Shown here one piece after another: positions 7,709-17,094 of a DNA stretch of 64,000 nt. The DNA is from an uncultured delta proteobacterium (lineage in GTDB: Bacteria; Desulfobacterota; Syntrophia; Syntrophales; UBA2185): positions 476,438-540,437 of the forward strand of contig OY970063.1 of assembly GCA_963705275.1 (NCBI GenBank), in the 5' to 3' direction. The position numbers were made by a program, and so were the translations under genes. The notes under the pieces were generated by a model. That model saw only the letters and a program-made list of their open reading frames with translations. It was not told where the DNA came from and did not search any database. Numbering within the stretch: position 1 is the first letter of the stretch; each line of letters begins with the position of its first letter.

Positions 7709-9742
7709 TCAACGCGTGCCGTATTCAAAAAATCGCATGGAGAAAGTGGCCCTGCCTTGAGTCGCAGACCGCAGGTCTGTTGAATATCCAAACATTTCCT
7801 TCAGAGGTATTTTGCCCCTGATCTCACTTATAGTTCCCTTCGGCGTGATCGCTTGAATTTCCCCTCCTCTGGCATTTATGTCTCCTATAACCTCGCCCAT
7901 GAATTCCGCCGGCACGATGACATCTACCATCATGATCGGCTCAAGCAGTATAGGATCAGCCTGCAAACAACCATTTCTGACTGCAGATGATGCGGCAATC
8001 TTATAACCAAGCGTCGTAGATTCCCCTTCCCTGAAAGATCCTCCAGTTATCGTCACCTTGATATCCACAATGGGGTAACCACTGATTACACCGCTGAGTG
8101 TCGCTTCTTCAATGCCCTCGTGGATGGCAGGATAAAACTCTTCCGGTATTACGATTTCGCCTGTCTGTATAGCAATCTTATTTCCTTCTCCCCTGCTTCT
8201 GGGTTCAAGCAATAACCGAACATGACCAAAATGCTTTCTTTCGCCAAGTTCTTTTTCAAAGAGGCCTTCAGCCTCTATTTTCCTTTGAATAGTCTCCCGA
8301 TAGACGACCCTGGGCTTACCAACATTTACATGGGCGCCGAAATCTCTCTTTAACCTATCAGTGACAATTTCCAGATGAAGTTCTCCCATGCCTGAAATTA
8401 CGGTTTGAGCTGTCTCGTCATTATACTTCACTTCAATCGTAGGATCTTCTTCCATCAGCTTGCCCAGCGCGATGCTCAGTTTTTCCTGATCCGCCGGCGT
8501 CTTGGCCTCTATAGCCTGACTTATTACGGGTTTATAGAACTCAATAGGTTCGAGAAGAATCGGACGGGACTCATCGCAGATCGTATTTCCAGTCGTTGTA
8601 TCTTTGAGACCCAGAACAGCAACGATATCTCCGGCACCGCACCTGTTGATTCTTTCTCGCTTATTGGCATGCATCTTCAACAGCCGCGCAATCTTTTCTT
8701 TTCTTCCGATGCTGGCATTATACACTGCATCGCCCACTTTTAAACTGCCCGAATAAACTCTAAGATAGGTTAACTTCCTTCCTTCATCCTGTCTGATCTT
8801 GAATGCCAGGGCAGCGAGGGGCTCATCGTCGCTGCTGAGCCTCACTTCTTCCTTTTTCGTTACAGGATTGGAACCCTTGACCGGAGGGATGTCCTCCGGT
8901 GAGGGAAGAAAGTGAACTATAGAATCAAGTATGGGTTGAATGCCTCTATTTCTCAGGGCGGAACCGCACATAATAGGTACCGCCTTTAAAGAGATGGTTG
9001 CCTGTCTAATGGCTCTGATTATCTCTTTTTCCGAAATAACTGTTCCATCCAAATATTTCTCTGCAATATAGTCATCCATCTCGGCTAGTGATTCAATCAG
9101 TTTCTCACGAGACTCTTTGGCTTGCGGAAAATTGTCAGATGGAATATCTGACAATGAAAAAGATGACCCAAGCGTACTGTCGTCCCAGATAATTGCCTTC
9201 AGTCTGATCAGGTCTATGATGCCTCTAAAATTATCTTCCTCGCCCAGCGGTATCTGTATTGGTAGCGGTACTGAGTTAAACCTTTCGCCCATAGTCTTTA
9301 TTGTACCAAAATAATCGGCACCGACTCTGTCCATCTTATTGATAAAAGCTATTTTAGGTACACCATATTTATCGGCCTGATGCCAGACTGTTTCCGACTG
9401 CGGTTCGACGCCGCCAACTGCGCAAAAGACAACTAGTGCTCCGTCCAAAACTCTTAGGCAGCGTTCAACCTCCATCGTAAAATCTACGTGCCCGGGTGTA
9501 TCAATTATCTGGATGTCATGATTTTCCCAGGTACAGGCCGTAACCGCTGAGGTAATCGTTATGCCTCTCTCCTGCTCCTGGGGCATCCAGTCCATTGCAG
9601 CTTCGCCGTCATGGACCTCCCCCATCTTGTATAGTATTCCTGTATAGAAGAGTATTCTTTCGGTGACGGTGGTCTTACCGGCATCTATGTGGGCAACTAC
9701 ACCGATATTGCGTGTTCTTGAAAGCTTCTTTCTTGAGGCCAT
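7709..9742 (-). CDS. fusA: elongation factor G family GTPase (paralog outside the str operon)
   Basis: 677 aa. G motifs [17 protein letters not shown] and NKMD are present. Domains III-V are recognisable, ending ...[13 protein letters not shown]. Confidence 0.9.
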   Translation of the reverse strand: MASRKKLSRTRNIGVVAHIDAGKTTVTERILFYTGILYKMGEVHDGEAAMDWMPQEQERGITITSAVTACTWENHDIQIIDTPGHVDFTMEVERCLRVLDGALVVFCAVGGVEPQSETVWHQADKYGVPKIAFINKMDRVGADYFGTIKTMGERFNSVPLPIQIPLGEEDNFRGIIDLIRLKAIIWDDSTLGSSFSLSDIPSDNFPQAKESREKLIESLAEMDDYIAEKYLDGTVISEKEIIRAIRQATISLKAVPIMCGSALRNRGIQPILDSIVHFLPSPEDIPPVKGSNPVTKKEEVRLSSDDEPLAALAFKIRQDEGRKLTYLRVYSGSLKVGDAVYNASIGRKEKIARLLKMHANKRERINRCGAGDIVAVLGLKDTTTGNTICDESRPILLEPIEFYKPVISQAIEAKTPADQEKLSIALGKLMEEDPTIEVKYNDETAQTVISGMGELHLEIVTDRLKRDFGAHVNVGKPRVVYRETIQRKIEAEGLFEKELGERKHFGHVRLLLEPRSRGEGNKIAIQTGEIVIPEEFYPAIHEGIEEATLSGVISGYPIVDIKVTITGGSFREGESTTLGYKIAASSAVRNGCLQADPILLEPIMMVDVIVPAEFMGEVIGDINARGGEIQAITPKGTISEIRGKIPLKEMFGYSTDLRSATQGRATFSMRFFEYGTR

Positions 9743-9777
9743 AGACTAACCTGAGCTGGGAACTCTTTGTGCGGGCA

Positions 9778-10401
9778 TCATCCTTCTTTTGCACCCGGCG
9801 CCAGCATGTCTTTATTCGTAGTGAAGGGCTGTCTCGTATCAACATGCCCTTTAATGGAATCCACTTCCTTCCCGTCTATCAGTAACTTCACCCTTTTAAT
9901 GCTGTTGATATTGCGCATAAGACTATTGGTCAGCGAATATATTGTCGCCATTTCGCTGGCACTGCCGCCCGGATGTTGCTTGATAAGATTCTTGTCAAAG
10001 CTGACATAGGCCGTGTGCTTTTCATCTATCCTGATATTGCCTAGAGCTACTCCCTCCGGGAAAGTGCTTACAAGCTTCGTCTTAGAGCCTTCAAGCAATG
10101 CCTTTACCAGTTCCCTGGCCTTGGCTTGATCATTTTCCTCCTTGGGAATGTATCTCTTTTCCGGAACTAAAAATCGTTCATTCGCATCTGAAAAATACAG
10201 AACGACCTCCTGTTTTTCCTTCTTTGCGACGCCGTCCTTGGTTGGCGGGAACACATATTCAAAAATGATTACAAAGAAAAGTATGAGACATGCTACAATG
10301 GTAGCAACAATCATAAAAAGGAAAGACTTTTTCATACGCTTCCTTTTCTTCTTTCCCTTTATCTCATCCGTTCTCCTCTTTCTCTTTGTGGCCATAGTCA
10401 A
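9778..10401 (-). CDS. GerMN domain-containing membrane-anchored protein
   Basis: A basic N-terminus plus one TM helix precedes ...VVLYFSDANERFLVPEKRYIP... and ...LLIDGKEVDSIKGHVD, typical of GerMN. The stop is 35 nt upstream of the EF-G start. Confidence 0.7.
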   Translation of the reverse strand: MTMATKRKRRTDEIKGKKKRKRMKKSFLFMIVATIVACLILFFVIIFEYVFPPTKDGVAKKEKQEVVLYFSDANERFLVPEKRYIPKEENDQAKARELVKALLEGSKTKLVSTFPEGVALGNIRIDEKHTAYVSFDKNLIKQHPGGSASEMATIYSLTNSLMRNINSIKRVKLLIDGKEVDSIKGHVDTRQPFTTNKDMLAPGAKEG

Positions 10402-10872
10402 TCGTTCTCCTCAGTTACTAAAAGCGGCGATAATGTAGGGTATTTTCACAATACTGTCAAGCAGATAACAGAGCCAACTCATCATTTGAACAGCAAAGAG
10501 AGGTTTAAGAAATGTAAACCTGAGTTCTATGATGTTTCCATTCTTTGTTCGAACCCAGACGGCTAAGAAACATTGCGTTTCCTAAGGCCTTGCCCACGGA
10601 ACAAACCTGTTCATCGATTAACGTCCTACTTACGCCGCAGAAATATTGAATCGGTAAGCATTCAGGAGGTGTAACACATGTTGCAATCTCATGATCTTTC
10701 CAGCATGGTCAGATGAGAATTGCGCGGTATGACATGATTCCACGTTGTCATCAGCCTTCAGTTAGCTCTCGGCTGGAAGCCCCATGCTGATTTCAACTAT
10801 GTTGTGGAAGGATTTGATCGCCCGTGTTTGCGCGGCGCTGCTTTATGAAGTGATTGATGAGAGACTTCATTT

Positions 10873-11457
10873 CTATTTATTATCACTGCTGCAACCATTC
10901 ACCCACCAATCGCTCTTATCTTTGAACCACCACTCGGAAGAATCCGTTTTGATAATGCTAAGGGCCAGCTTTCTTGCAGTATCGGTATGAAGTCGTCTTC
11001 TTGCAAATTCAATCCACTCGCCCGTGTACTTATTACCTAGATCACCGTATTCCTTCAACTGAAGAATCAAAGCAAGCTGGTCGGCATCGTGGGCAATAAG
11101 AGACTCCCTTGTCTTCTTCTCATTAAATTCGTCAATGACGGACTTTATTTCATCGCCGAAGAATACTGTCTGAGTCAGCTCTCTTATGGCTCTTTCTTCG
11201 TGCACAGTAACATACTTCTTATACATGTAGTTCATATCGCCGGTTCTTGCTTCGGGAAGATCATGGACAAGACATATCTTTAACACCTTCAATTCGTCCA
11301 GACCAGGTTCAAGTTTACTTAAAGCATAGCCAATAAATATCGTTCGCAGAATATGTTCAGCCACCGATTCGCAGCCGGAGCCCAGGAATCTAAAGCCTGT
11401 TCTGGGGGTTTTTTTTAACATGCCCACTTCAAATAAGAAATTCGCTATGCTGTCCAT
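10873..11457 (-). CDS. HD-domain phosphohydrolase (YfbR/COG1896-like 5'-nucleotidase family)
   Basis: Metal-ligand pattern ...ESVAEH..., ...LVHDLPEARTGD..., ...AHDADQL... The length is 194 aa. Confidence 0.8.
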   Translation of the reverse strand: MDSIANFLFEVGMLKKTPRTGFRFLGSGCESVAEHILRTIFIGYALSKLEPGLDELKVLKICLVHDLPEARTGDMNYMYKKYVTVHEERAIRELTQTVFFGDEIKSVIDEFNEKKTRESLIAHDADQLALILQLKEYGDLGNKYTGEWIEFARRRLHTDTARKLALSIIKTDSSEWWFKDKSDWWVNGCSSDNK

Positions 11458-11458
11458 A

Positions 11459-11677
11459 TTATTCCTTCTTCATCATCTTTATTCTGTTGTCCATCATATC
11501 GGATACTCTCTTTATCTGTGACTGAAGCGATGCAATACCGTCTGGTTTCATGGACAGTAATCTATCAATCTGCGATTTCCAGTACTCCAATACAGATATT
11601 TCGTTTTCTTTCAGTTTTCTATCAAACCTTGCCTGGAGCTCTTTGATAAATGCCGGATTATTCTCTAAATCAGCCAT
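11459..11677 (-). CDS. hypothetical 72-aa coiled-coil protein
   Basis: ATG start. The TAA stop is separated by 1 nt from the HD gene ATG. The composition is helical and charged. No family recognised. Confidence 0.45.
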   Translation of the reverse strand: MADLENNPAFIKELQARFDRKLKENEISVLEYWKSQIDRLLSMKPDGIASLQSQIKRVSDMMDNRIKMMKKE

Positions 11678-11946
11678 TTGCTATCCCCGTTTAGTGAATA
11701 TGGTCATTACATGACAGATATAATTTATTATATCATTAATGCTTGTTCTTGCAACTATTGATATTGAAAAAAGCCGAATTCTAATGTCCTTGAAGTTTGT
11801 AATCTTAATATTGAATGAACGTAATGATATTGAGATTTCACTTTGCACAATAGCTTAATTATGTTAATAACGCCCATACTTACCGAATCTTGCAAGCGCC
11901 GCCTTAATACTGTCAAGGTCGTTCAATATTTTAACGAGGTATATTT

Positions 11947-13605
11947 ATGGGTAATCTTCGCCCGAGATTATTCTATCTCATTCTTCTTTCTTCAGTCTTT
12001 GTCGCCATCACATCTATATATTCTTCTGCGGAGGAGGATACGGCCCATCTTTCATTTCAAAAAACAGCGACGCTACGTGCAAAGACACGTCCTTACGTAA
12101 TTAAGGAAGGGGAGTGGCTCTTAAGGATCATGAGAGCCGAAGCGGGAATAACATCACGCCGACTTAGCATACTAAAAAAACTGAATCCTGAAATAAAAGA
12201 TCTAAACAAGATTAGACCGGGCCAGGTTGTCATACTCCCGGAAATGGAACGCCCCGCTACGCCCGAAGGGGAGGACAGCTCCCCGACATTAAATTACTCG
12301 ATAAGAAAAGGCGATTCCATAAGCCGTATTGCCGTGCGTGAACTAAAGGTGAGATTCCCTGAGCTTAGAAAAGCTGTGGACGACATCAAACGGCTGAACC
12401 CGGATATCAAGAACTACGACATGATATATCCCGGACAAACCTTGCAACTGCCACGGAAAGGCATAGTCATTACTAAACAGGAAGCTCGGGCTTCGGAAGC
12501 AGAATCATCGCTTAAAGTCGTTAAGGATGATGCGAAAGACAAACCTGTCGTTCTGCCACAGGCTCATCTTGACGTTATAAGGGTCGTCATCAACAGAATG
12601 AATGGCTCCCTCATAACGCTGGGCAAATATTATATTCCCATTCCGCAGTTAGGAGAGGTGACTATTGACTGTTCCACAATACCTGTTGTTGAGATGGATG
12701 ATGGAAGTTCGATTTTCTTGGATTTTTCCAGCAGTATGCCGGATACCTTGAAGAATATGATCCAGTCCAACTGGAAAAACTATCGCTCCGTTGAGGCAGG
12801 CAATAGTGACGATACTGGTGAAATCATCCAGAAGATCGTCAATGCCTCAAATATATATACAATGACGAGAAGGACTACCCCATACGCAATAGGAAATAGT
12901 CCGACACTCCTGCTCTCCCTCGACTGGATAATAACAAAGAAAGCTCAGGATACCAAGCCATACCTGCAGGGACTGTCATTTGTTTCAGATGATTCCCGAC
13001 TATTGCCCAAACCCATGATCGAATATGCCGAAAGAAACGGCATGATGATTACAGAAATACTGGATGGACAGGGTATATTGAGCACATCAGATGAAAAGTA
13101 TGCCTCACCACGAATGTCAAAATTGAACGTCAGCACTAATATTGAACTGGCCAATTCCCTGCTTAACGAATTCGGATATCAGACAACCCGAGATGCTGGA
13201 GTCGCGATACTTGACGCCTCCACAAGCGGTTTTGATCTCTCCATAAAAACCGACCTCCTCGCAAAAATGGGGGATAGGCAAATAATAATCCTCTCAAAAA
13301 AAATCCCCCAACAGTTCATTGACAGTTTGAAAACCCGGGGCACGGAGACGGTAACTCTCGAGCGCGAAGATACGAAGAAGACGGTTATCGAGAAAGTCCT
13401 CATGGCTGCTAGTATTACCTTCTCCTTTGCCAGTTACTCATTCTCAGTCCCTGATAACACAGCTAAGCCGGCAGGCACCATCAGCTTCCCCGCCTTTAAG
13501 ATAACACGAGACAAAGGAGACTTTTATCTGATCGATTTCGATATGGATCACACCATATATGGACTGCTCAACAATAAATGGAAGGTGAATATCGTCACAT
13601 ATTGA
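11947..13605 (+). CDS. exported protein with two LysM repeats and a large uncharacterised C-terminal domain
   Basis: The N-terminus is signal-like (LFYLILLSSVFVAITSIYSSA). The LysM-like repeats are YVIKEGEWLLRI...IRPGQVVILP and YSIRKGDSISRI...IYPGQTLQLP. The ~350 aa C-terminus is unassigned. Confidence 0.8.
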   Translation: MGNLRPRLFYLILLSSVFVAITSIYSSAEEDTAHLSFQKTATLRAKTRPYVIKEGEWLLRIMRAEAGITSRRLSILKKLNPEIKDLNKIRPGQVVILPEMERPATPEGEDSSPTLNYSIRKGDSISRIAVRELKVRFPELRKAVDDIKRLNPDIKNYDMIYPGQTLQLPRKGIVITKQEARASEAESSLKVVKDDAKDKPVVLPQAHLDVIRVVINRMNGSLITLGKYYIPIPQLGEVTIDCSTIPVVEMDDGSSIFLDFSSSMPDTLKNMIQSNWKNYRSVEAGNSDDTGEIIQKIVNASNIYTMTRRTTPYAIGNSPTLLLSLDWIITKKAQDTKPYLQGLSFVSDDSRLLPKPMIEYAERNGMMITEILDGQGILSTSDEKYASPRMSKLNVSTNIELANSLLNEFGYQTTRDAGVAILDASTSGFDLSIKTDLLAKMGDRQIIILSKKIPQQFIDSLKTRGTETVTLEREDTKKTVIEKVLMAASITFSFASYSFSVPDNTAKPAGTISFPAFKITRDKGDFYLIDFDMDHTIYGLLNNKWKVNIVTY

Positions 13606-14582
13606 AAGTAAAGGCAATAGGTCTATTTTCAGGGGGGCTGGACAGCATCCTTGCAGCAAAGGTTGTGATGGCACAGGGTGTTGAGGTCATGGGGGTTACG
13701 TGCACGACCCCCTTTTTTAGTCCCGAAAAAGCTAGAGCTGCCGCGACAATGATGGGGCTTTCCCTTATCGAGGCGGATATTTCGGAAGAACACCTTGATA
13801 TGTTAAAGTCCCCAAAATACGGATACGGAAAGAATATGAATCCATGTATTGACTGTCACACCCTTATGCTTAAAACTGCCGGCAGGATCATGGAAGACAT
13901 GGAGGCTGACTTTATTTTTACGGGTGAGGTTCTGGGCCAGCGCCCCATGTCCCAAACCAGGCAGTCTCTTCATGTCGTTGCGAAGAATTCAGGATATCAG
14001 CAGTATATTTTGAGACCTTTGAGTGCGCTGCTTCTCCCTGAAACAAGACCGGAAATCGAAGGTAAGGTGGACCGTCAACGGCTCCTCGCCATCAAAGGAA
14101 AAGGGAGGAAGTCTCAGATTGAGATGGCAAAGCACTACGGCATTGACCACTACTCCACTCCCGCAGGGGGGTGCCTGCTCACGGATCCAATATTTTCCAG
14201 GAGATTAAGGGATCTCTTTCGGCATAGCATTGATTTCCACATAAGAGATATAGAACTTCTCAAATATGGCAGACACTTTCGAATAAATGAGTTTTCCAAA
14301 GCCATTGTGGGGCGGAACAGCCGTGAAAACGAGGCTCTCCAAAGATTGTCTGATGAGGAAGACATCGTTATTCATATCGCACAATTTCCCGGACCGACCA
14401 CAATCGTTCCTCATGGGGGCGACGAAATTACGATTTACACGGCAGCATCCCTTTGCGCCTTATACAGCGATGCTCCAAGAAATGAGGAAGTTACGGCCCT
14501 CTGCCGGAAAGGAAATTCCATAAGTTATATACGGCTAATGGCAGCACTTAGAGATGATATAGGGGGCTGGTTGATTCAATGA
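13578..14582 (+). CDS. PP-loop ATP pyrophosphatase (ThiI/MnmA-like sulfurtransferase family, no THUMP domain)
   Basis: PP-loop GLFSGGLDS is present, along with ...NPCIDCH... and ...STPAGGCLLTD. The start is ambiguous: ATG 13578 or the TTG at 13602, which overlaps the LysM gene stop (ATTGA). Confidence 0.75.
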   Translation: MEGEYRHILKVKAIGLFSGGLDSILAAKVVMAQGVEVMGVTCTTPFFSPEKARAAATMMGLSLIEADISEEHLDMLKSPKYGYGKNMNPCIDCHTLMLKTAGRIMEDMEADFIFTGEVLGQRPMSQTRQSLHVVAKNSGYQQYILRPLSALLLPETRPEIEGKVDRQRLLAIKGKGRKSQIEMAKHYGIDHYSTPAGGCLLTDPIFSRRLRDLFRHSIDFHIRDIELLKYGRHFRINEFSKAIVGRNSRENEALQRLSDEEDIVIHIAQFPGPTTIVPHGGDEITIYTAASLCALYSDAPRNEEVTALCRKGNSISYIRLMAALRDDIGGWLIQ

Positions 14583-14585
14583 AAA

Positions 14586-16106
14586 TCATGGCAGATGCTG
14601 AGGCCTCAGTAAATCATGGATTGTCTTTACGGGATTGAACGTCTCGATGGGCACTTCAACAAAAACGGTGATCCAGAAAGCCATTGAACCGTTCCATAAC
14701 CCTGGAAGTTCAAGCGCCTTAAGGTCCCTACCCTTTTCGGATTTCTGTGAAATAAAATAGGCGTTTCTATTGACAAAATCATGGAGATCAAATTCGCAAG
14801 ACTGGTAGTTGCGAATCCCACAGACAAGATCGACGGGATTGAAGTGCGTTGCCCGGGACCAGATTGCCCTCTGTTCTGCCGATCCTGAATCTATCTGTGA
14901 CTCCTCAATAATCTGAAGCGATTGCGTTTGATCTTCCTCGTTCACCCAGAATGGACCTCCGCCCGGCTCTCCTTGATTTCTCACCATACCGCATACCCGA
15001 ATGGGTCGGTTGAGTCTGTTGAAAACGAAAGCGCCTTTCTCCGAAAGAGACAAATCATCAAACCACGGCGGGATGACAAGATGAAGTCTTCTTTCACAGA
15101 ATAGCTTCAGCTCCTGCAGAGTCTTTTCGTCCAATTCTGCTTTATCCAAGTGCCTCAGATATCTGAATATATCGTTCTGAAGGGAGATGAGATAGCCGCC
15201 GAGAGCCTTCTTGTAAAATACGGTTACCGGCTTCAACCTGTCAGGTACTATATTGTCAATATTCTTTAGATAGATTATATCTCCATCAGTATGGTACACA
15301 TTATCCAGAAGAGCGCCATGGCCGGCCGGCCTAAAGACAAGCTCCCCCCACTGATCCCGAAACGGTCGATTGTCCAAATCCACGGCTATTGTATTTGTAG
15401 ACGATTTCTGCGTGGAGAGTGCAATATCAAAGATCACATTATAGCGCTTCTCATAATACCTTCTAATCACGGACAGGTAATCCGCCACATCATCATGATG
15501 CTCCTCCGAGAGAGTGAAATGGAGTCTACATATGCGGCAGGCATCTTTCGTATAGAGCGCCGCCTCTGCCAGATGCTCTTCAAGGGCGGTGCGGCTGCCA
15601 TCGGAATAAGAGTGAAATTTCAAGAGCGCTTTAGGTAGGTCGCCGTAATTCAATCCTTTAGATGTCAAGATGTAGGACAAGATATCCGCATGTCTTTGGA
15701 CTTCCAACATCTTTTCAAGTTCTTCGCCATCACGCAATACCACATCACGCAAATCACAATAAAATGCGAACCTTTTTAGTTCCCTGGCAAACTCTTCTCT
15801 GTGAATCGCATCCAGACTTCCCTTCTCCAGAAACACATACCAATCTCTGAACATGCGAGTGGCAGCCCCGGAGGCGGGTACAAACTTCAGCACCTTCCGG
15901 CCCATCTGGAGCTCTTCTTCATATAAAGCCGCCATTTTCGTGAGCTCGTCTTCCGAAAGAGTCACGATACCGTCATTAACGGTGCACGGCCTGTTGAGCT
16001 TGACTGGACAAAGACCTCTCTTGAAGAGGTCGATCTGCGCCAACACCTGGTCGCGAGTGAGGCCTTCTTTCTCAATTCGTCTTACATCCGCTTCTATAAA
16101 AATCAT
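14586..16106 (-). CDS. DUF4301-like protein with NDP-sugar pyrophosphorylase-like motifs
   Basis: 506 aa. The N-terminus ...EKEGLTRDQVLAQIDLFKRG... is followed by FVPASGAATRMF and FRPAGHGALLDN. These resemble the UDP-sugar pyrophosphorylase nucleotide-binding and catalytic loops. Confidence 0.6.
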   Translation of the reverse strand: MIFIEADVRRIEKEGLTRDQVLAQIDLFKRGLCPVKLNRPCTVNDGIVTLSEDELTKMAALYEEELQMGRKVLKFVPASGAATRMFRDWYVFLEKGSLDAIHREEFARELKRFAFYCDLRDVVLRDGEELEKMLEVQRHADILSYILTSKGLNYGDLPKALLKFHSYSDGSRTALEEHLAEAALYTKDACRICRLHFTLSEEHHDDVADYLSVIRRYYEKRYNVIFDIALSTQKSSTNTIAVDLDNRPFRDQWGELVFRPAGHGALLDNVYHTDGDIIYLKNIDNIVPDRLKPVTVFYKKALGGYLISLQNDIFRYLRHLDKAELDEKTLQELKLFCERRLHLVIPPWFDDLSLSEKGAFVFNRLNRPIRVCGMVRNQGEPGGGPFWVNEEDQTQSLQIIEESQIDSGSAEQRAIWSRATHFNPVDLVCGIRNYQSCEFDLHDFVNRNAYFISQKSEKGRDLKALELPGLWNGSMAFWITVFVEVPIETFNPVKTIHDLLRPQHLP

Positions 16107-16178
16107 ATTAATCCGTAATGCGCATTTCCTTCAATCAGGTCAGCTTGAACTGAACACTGGTAAAGTTCTTCCGCCACA

Positions 16179-16224
16179 TAAAAAAGGTGCCCCTTCCCTT
16201 CTGCCATCCCGCGAGAGCGCACCT
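16179..16224 (-). terminator. possible terminator after the CHASE2-FHA operon
   Basis: The minus strand reads AGGTGC...(28 nt)...GCACCT followed by TTTTTT. The loop is unusually large, so this call is weak. Confidence 0.3.
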
Positions 16225-16389
16225 TCGGTAACCATTAAAAATAAATGCCCTAAAATGATTCTAAGATACTATTTTTTCTTTATCTTTTTTACCGAGATCT
16301 TGCGTAGCCGGCTTCTTTCCCTCAATAACCTGGATATGTCTTTCTGCCTTCGCGTGGGTCTTTCTCTTGACATGGTTATTTGCTTTAGG

Positions 16390-17091
16390 TCATTCCTTTA
16401 TATAATACTGTACCTTTAATCCACCTGCTTCGACAATGTCACCATCTTTCAGATCGTATTTGTGATCAACCTTCTGGCCGTTTACTTTCAACGTTCTTCC
16501 TCCCGCAGGCGTGATAAAATATCCTTCCCTTCTTCTATTGACAAGGGCGGCCACCTTGGGGGCAAAAAAGCCTCTAAGATGAATACCGGCTCCGTCTTCC
16601 TTGCCGATAGTCGTCACTCTCTCTTTTAGAAGATAATCCCTTTTTCCCGTCGATCCTTCAATAACTATGAAACCTCCAAGGATCTCTGGCTTTTCCTTGT
16701 CCTGAGGGGCCAGTATTCTCTTCTGATCTTCCGCGGCAATTACGACGGTTTCGTCCATCGAATGCCCCTGTACGGCAAAACCCTTGGTTTCCGTTTCCCT
16801 TGCCTTTTCCACGATGACATCAAGTGTATGAACGCCTATTAAGACCACGTCTCCGTTATGCAATTCGCCTTTAGAAATTTTCTGGCCATTAATAAAGGTA
16901 CCGTTCAGGCTATTCGCATCCTCAATGAAGAGAGAACGTCCCTCCTTCTTGATGCGCGCGTGATACCCGGATACGGCTTGGTTATCGATAACAATATCAT
17001 TGTCCTTTTTTCTCCCGATAGTTATGACGTCCTGATCAAGCGGTATCTCCCTTATTATGGCTTCTTTAAATTTGAGCAAAATCTTCGCCAC
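16390..17091 (-). CDS. protein with two FHA domains
   Basis: The N-terminal FHA reads ITIGRKKDNDIVIDNQAVSGYHARI...NSLNGTFINGQKI. A second, more divergent FHA-like domain (TTIGKEDGAGIHL...LKVNGQKV) follows. The start lies 3 nt after the CHASE2 gene stop. Confidence 0.85.
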   Translation of the reverse strand: MAKILLKFKEAIIREIPLDQDVITIGRKKDNDIVIDNQAVSGYHARIKKEGRSLFIEDANSLNGTFINGQKISKGELHNGDVVLIGVHTLDVIVEKARETETKGFAVQGHSMDETVVIAAEDQKRILAPQDKEKPEILGGFIVIEGSTGKRDYLLKERVTTIGKEDGAGIHLRGFFAPKVAALVNRRREGYFITPAGGRTLKVNGQKVDHKYDLKDGDIVEAGGLKVQYYIKE

Positions 17092-17094
17092 GCA

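Noticed and set aside
10547-10553. GTTCGAA, resembling a tRNA T-loop, in the 470-nt gap upstream of the GerMN gene.
   Set aside because: The flanking bases cannot form a T-stem, and no acceptor, D or anticodon arms can be drawn. It is not a tRNA or a convincing tRNA fragment.
16269-16373. A 34-codon, extremely basic minus-strand ORF (MSRERPTRRQKDISRLLRERSRLRKISVKKIKKK) just after the FHA gene.
   Set aside because: It has no SD and low complexity, and it does not resemble L34/L36 or any small protein I know. It is probably fortuitous in an A/G-rich spacer.
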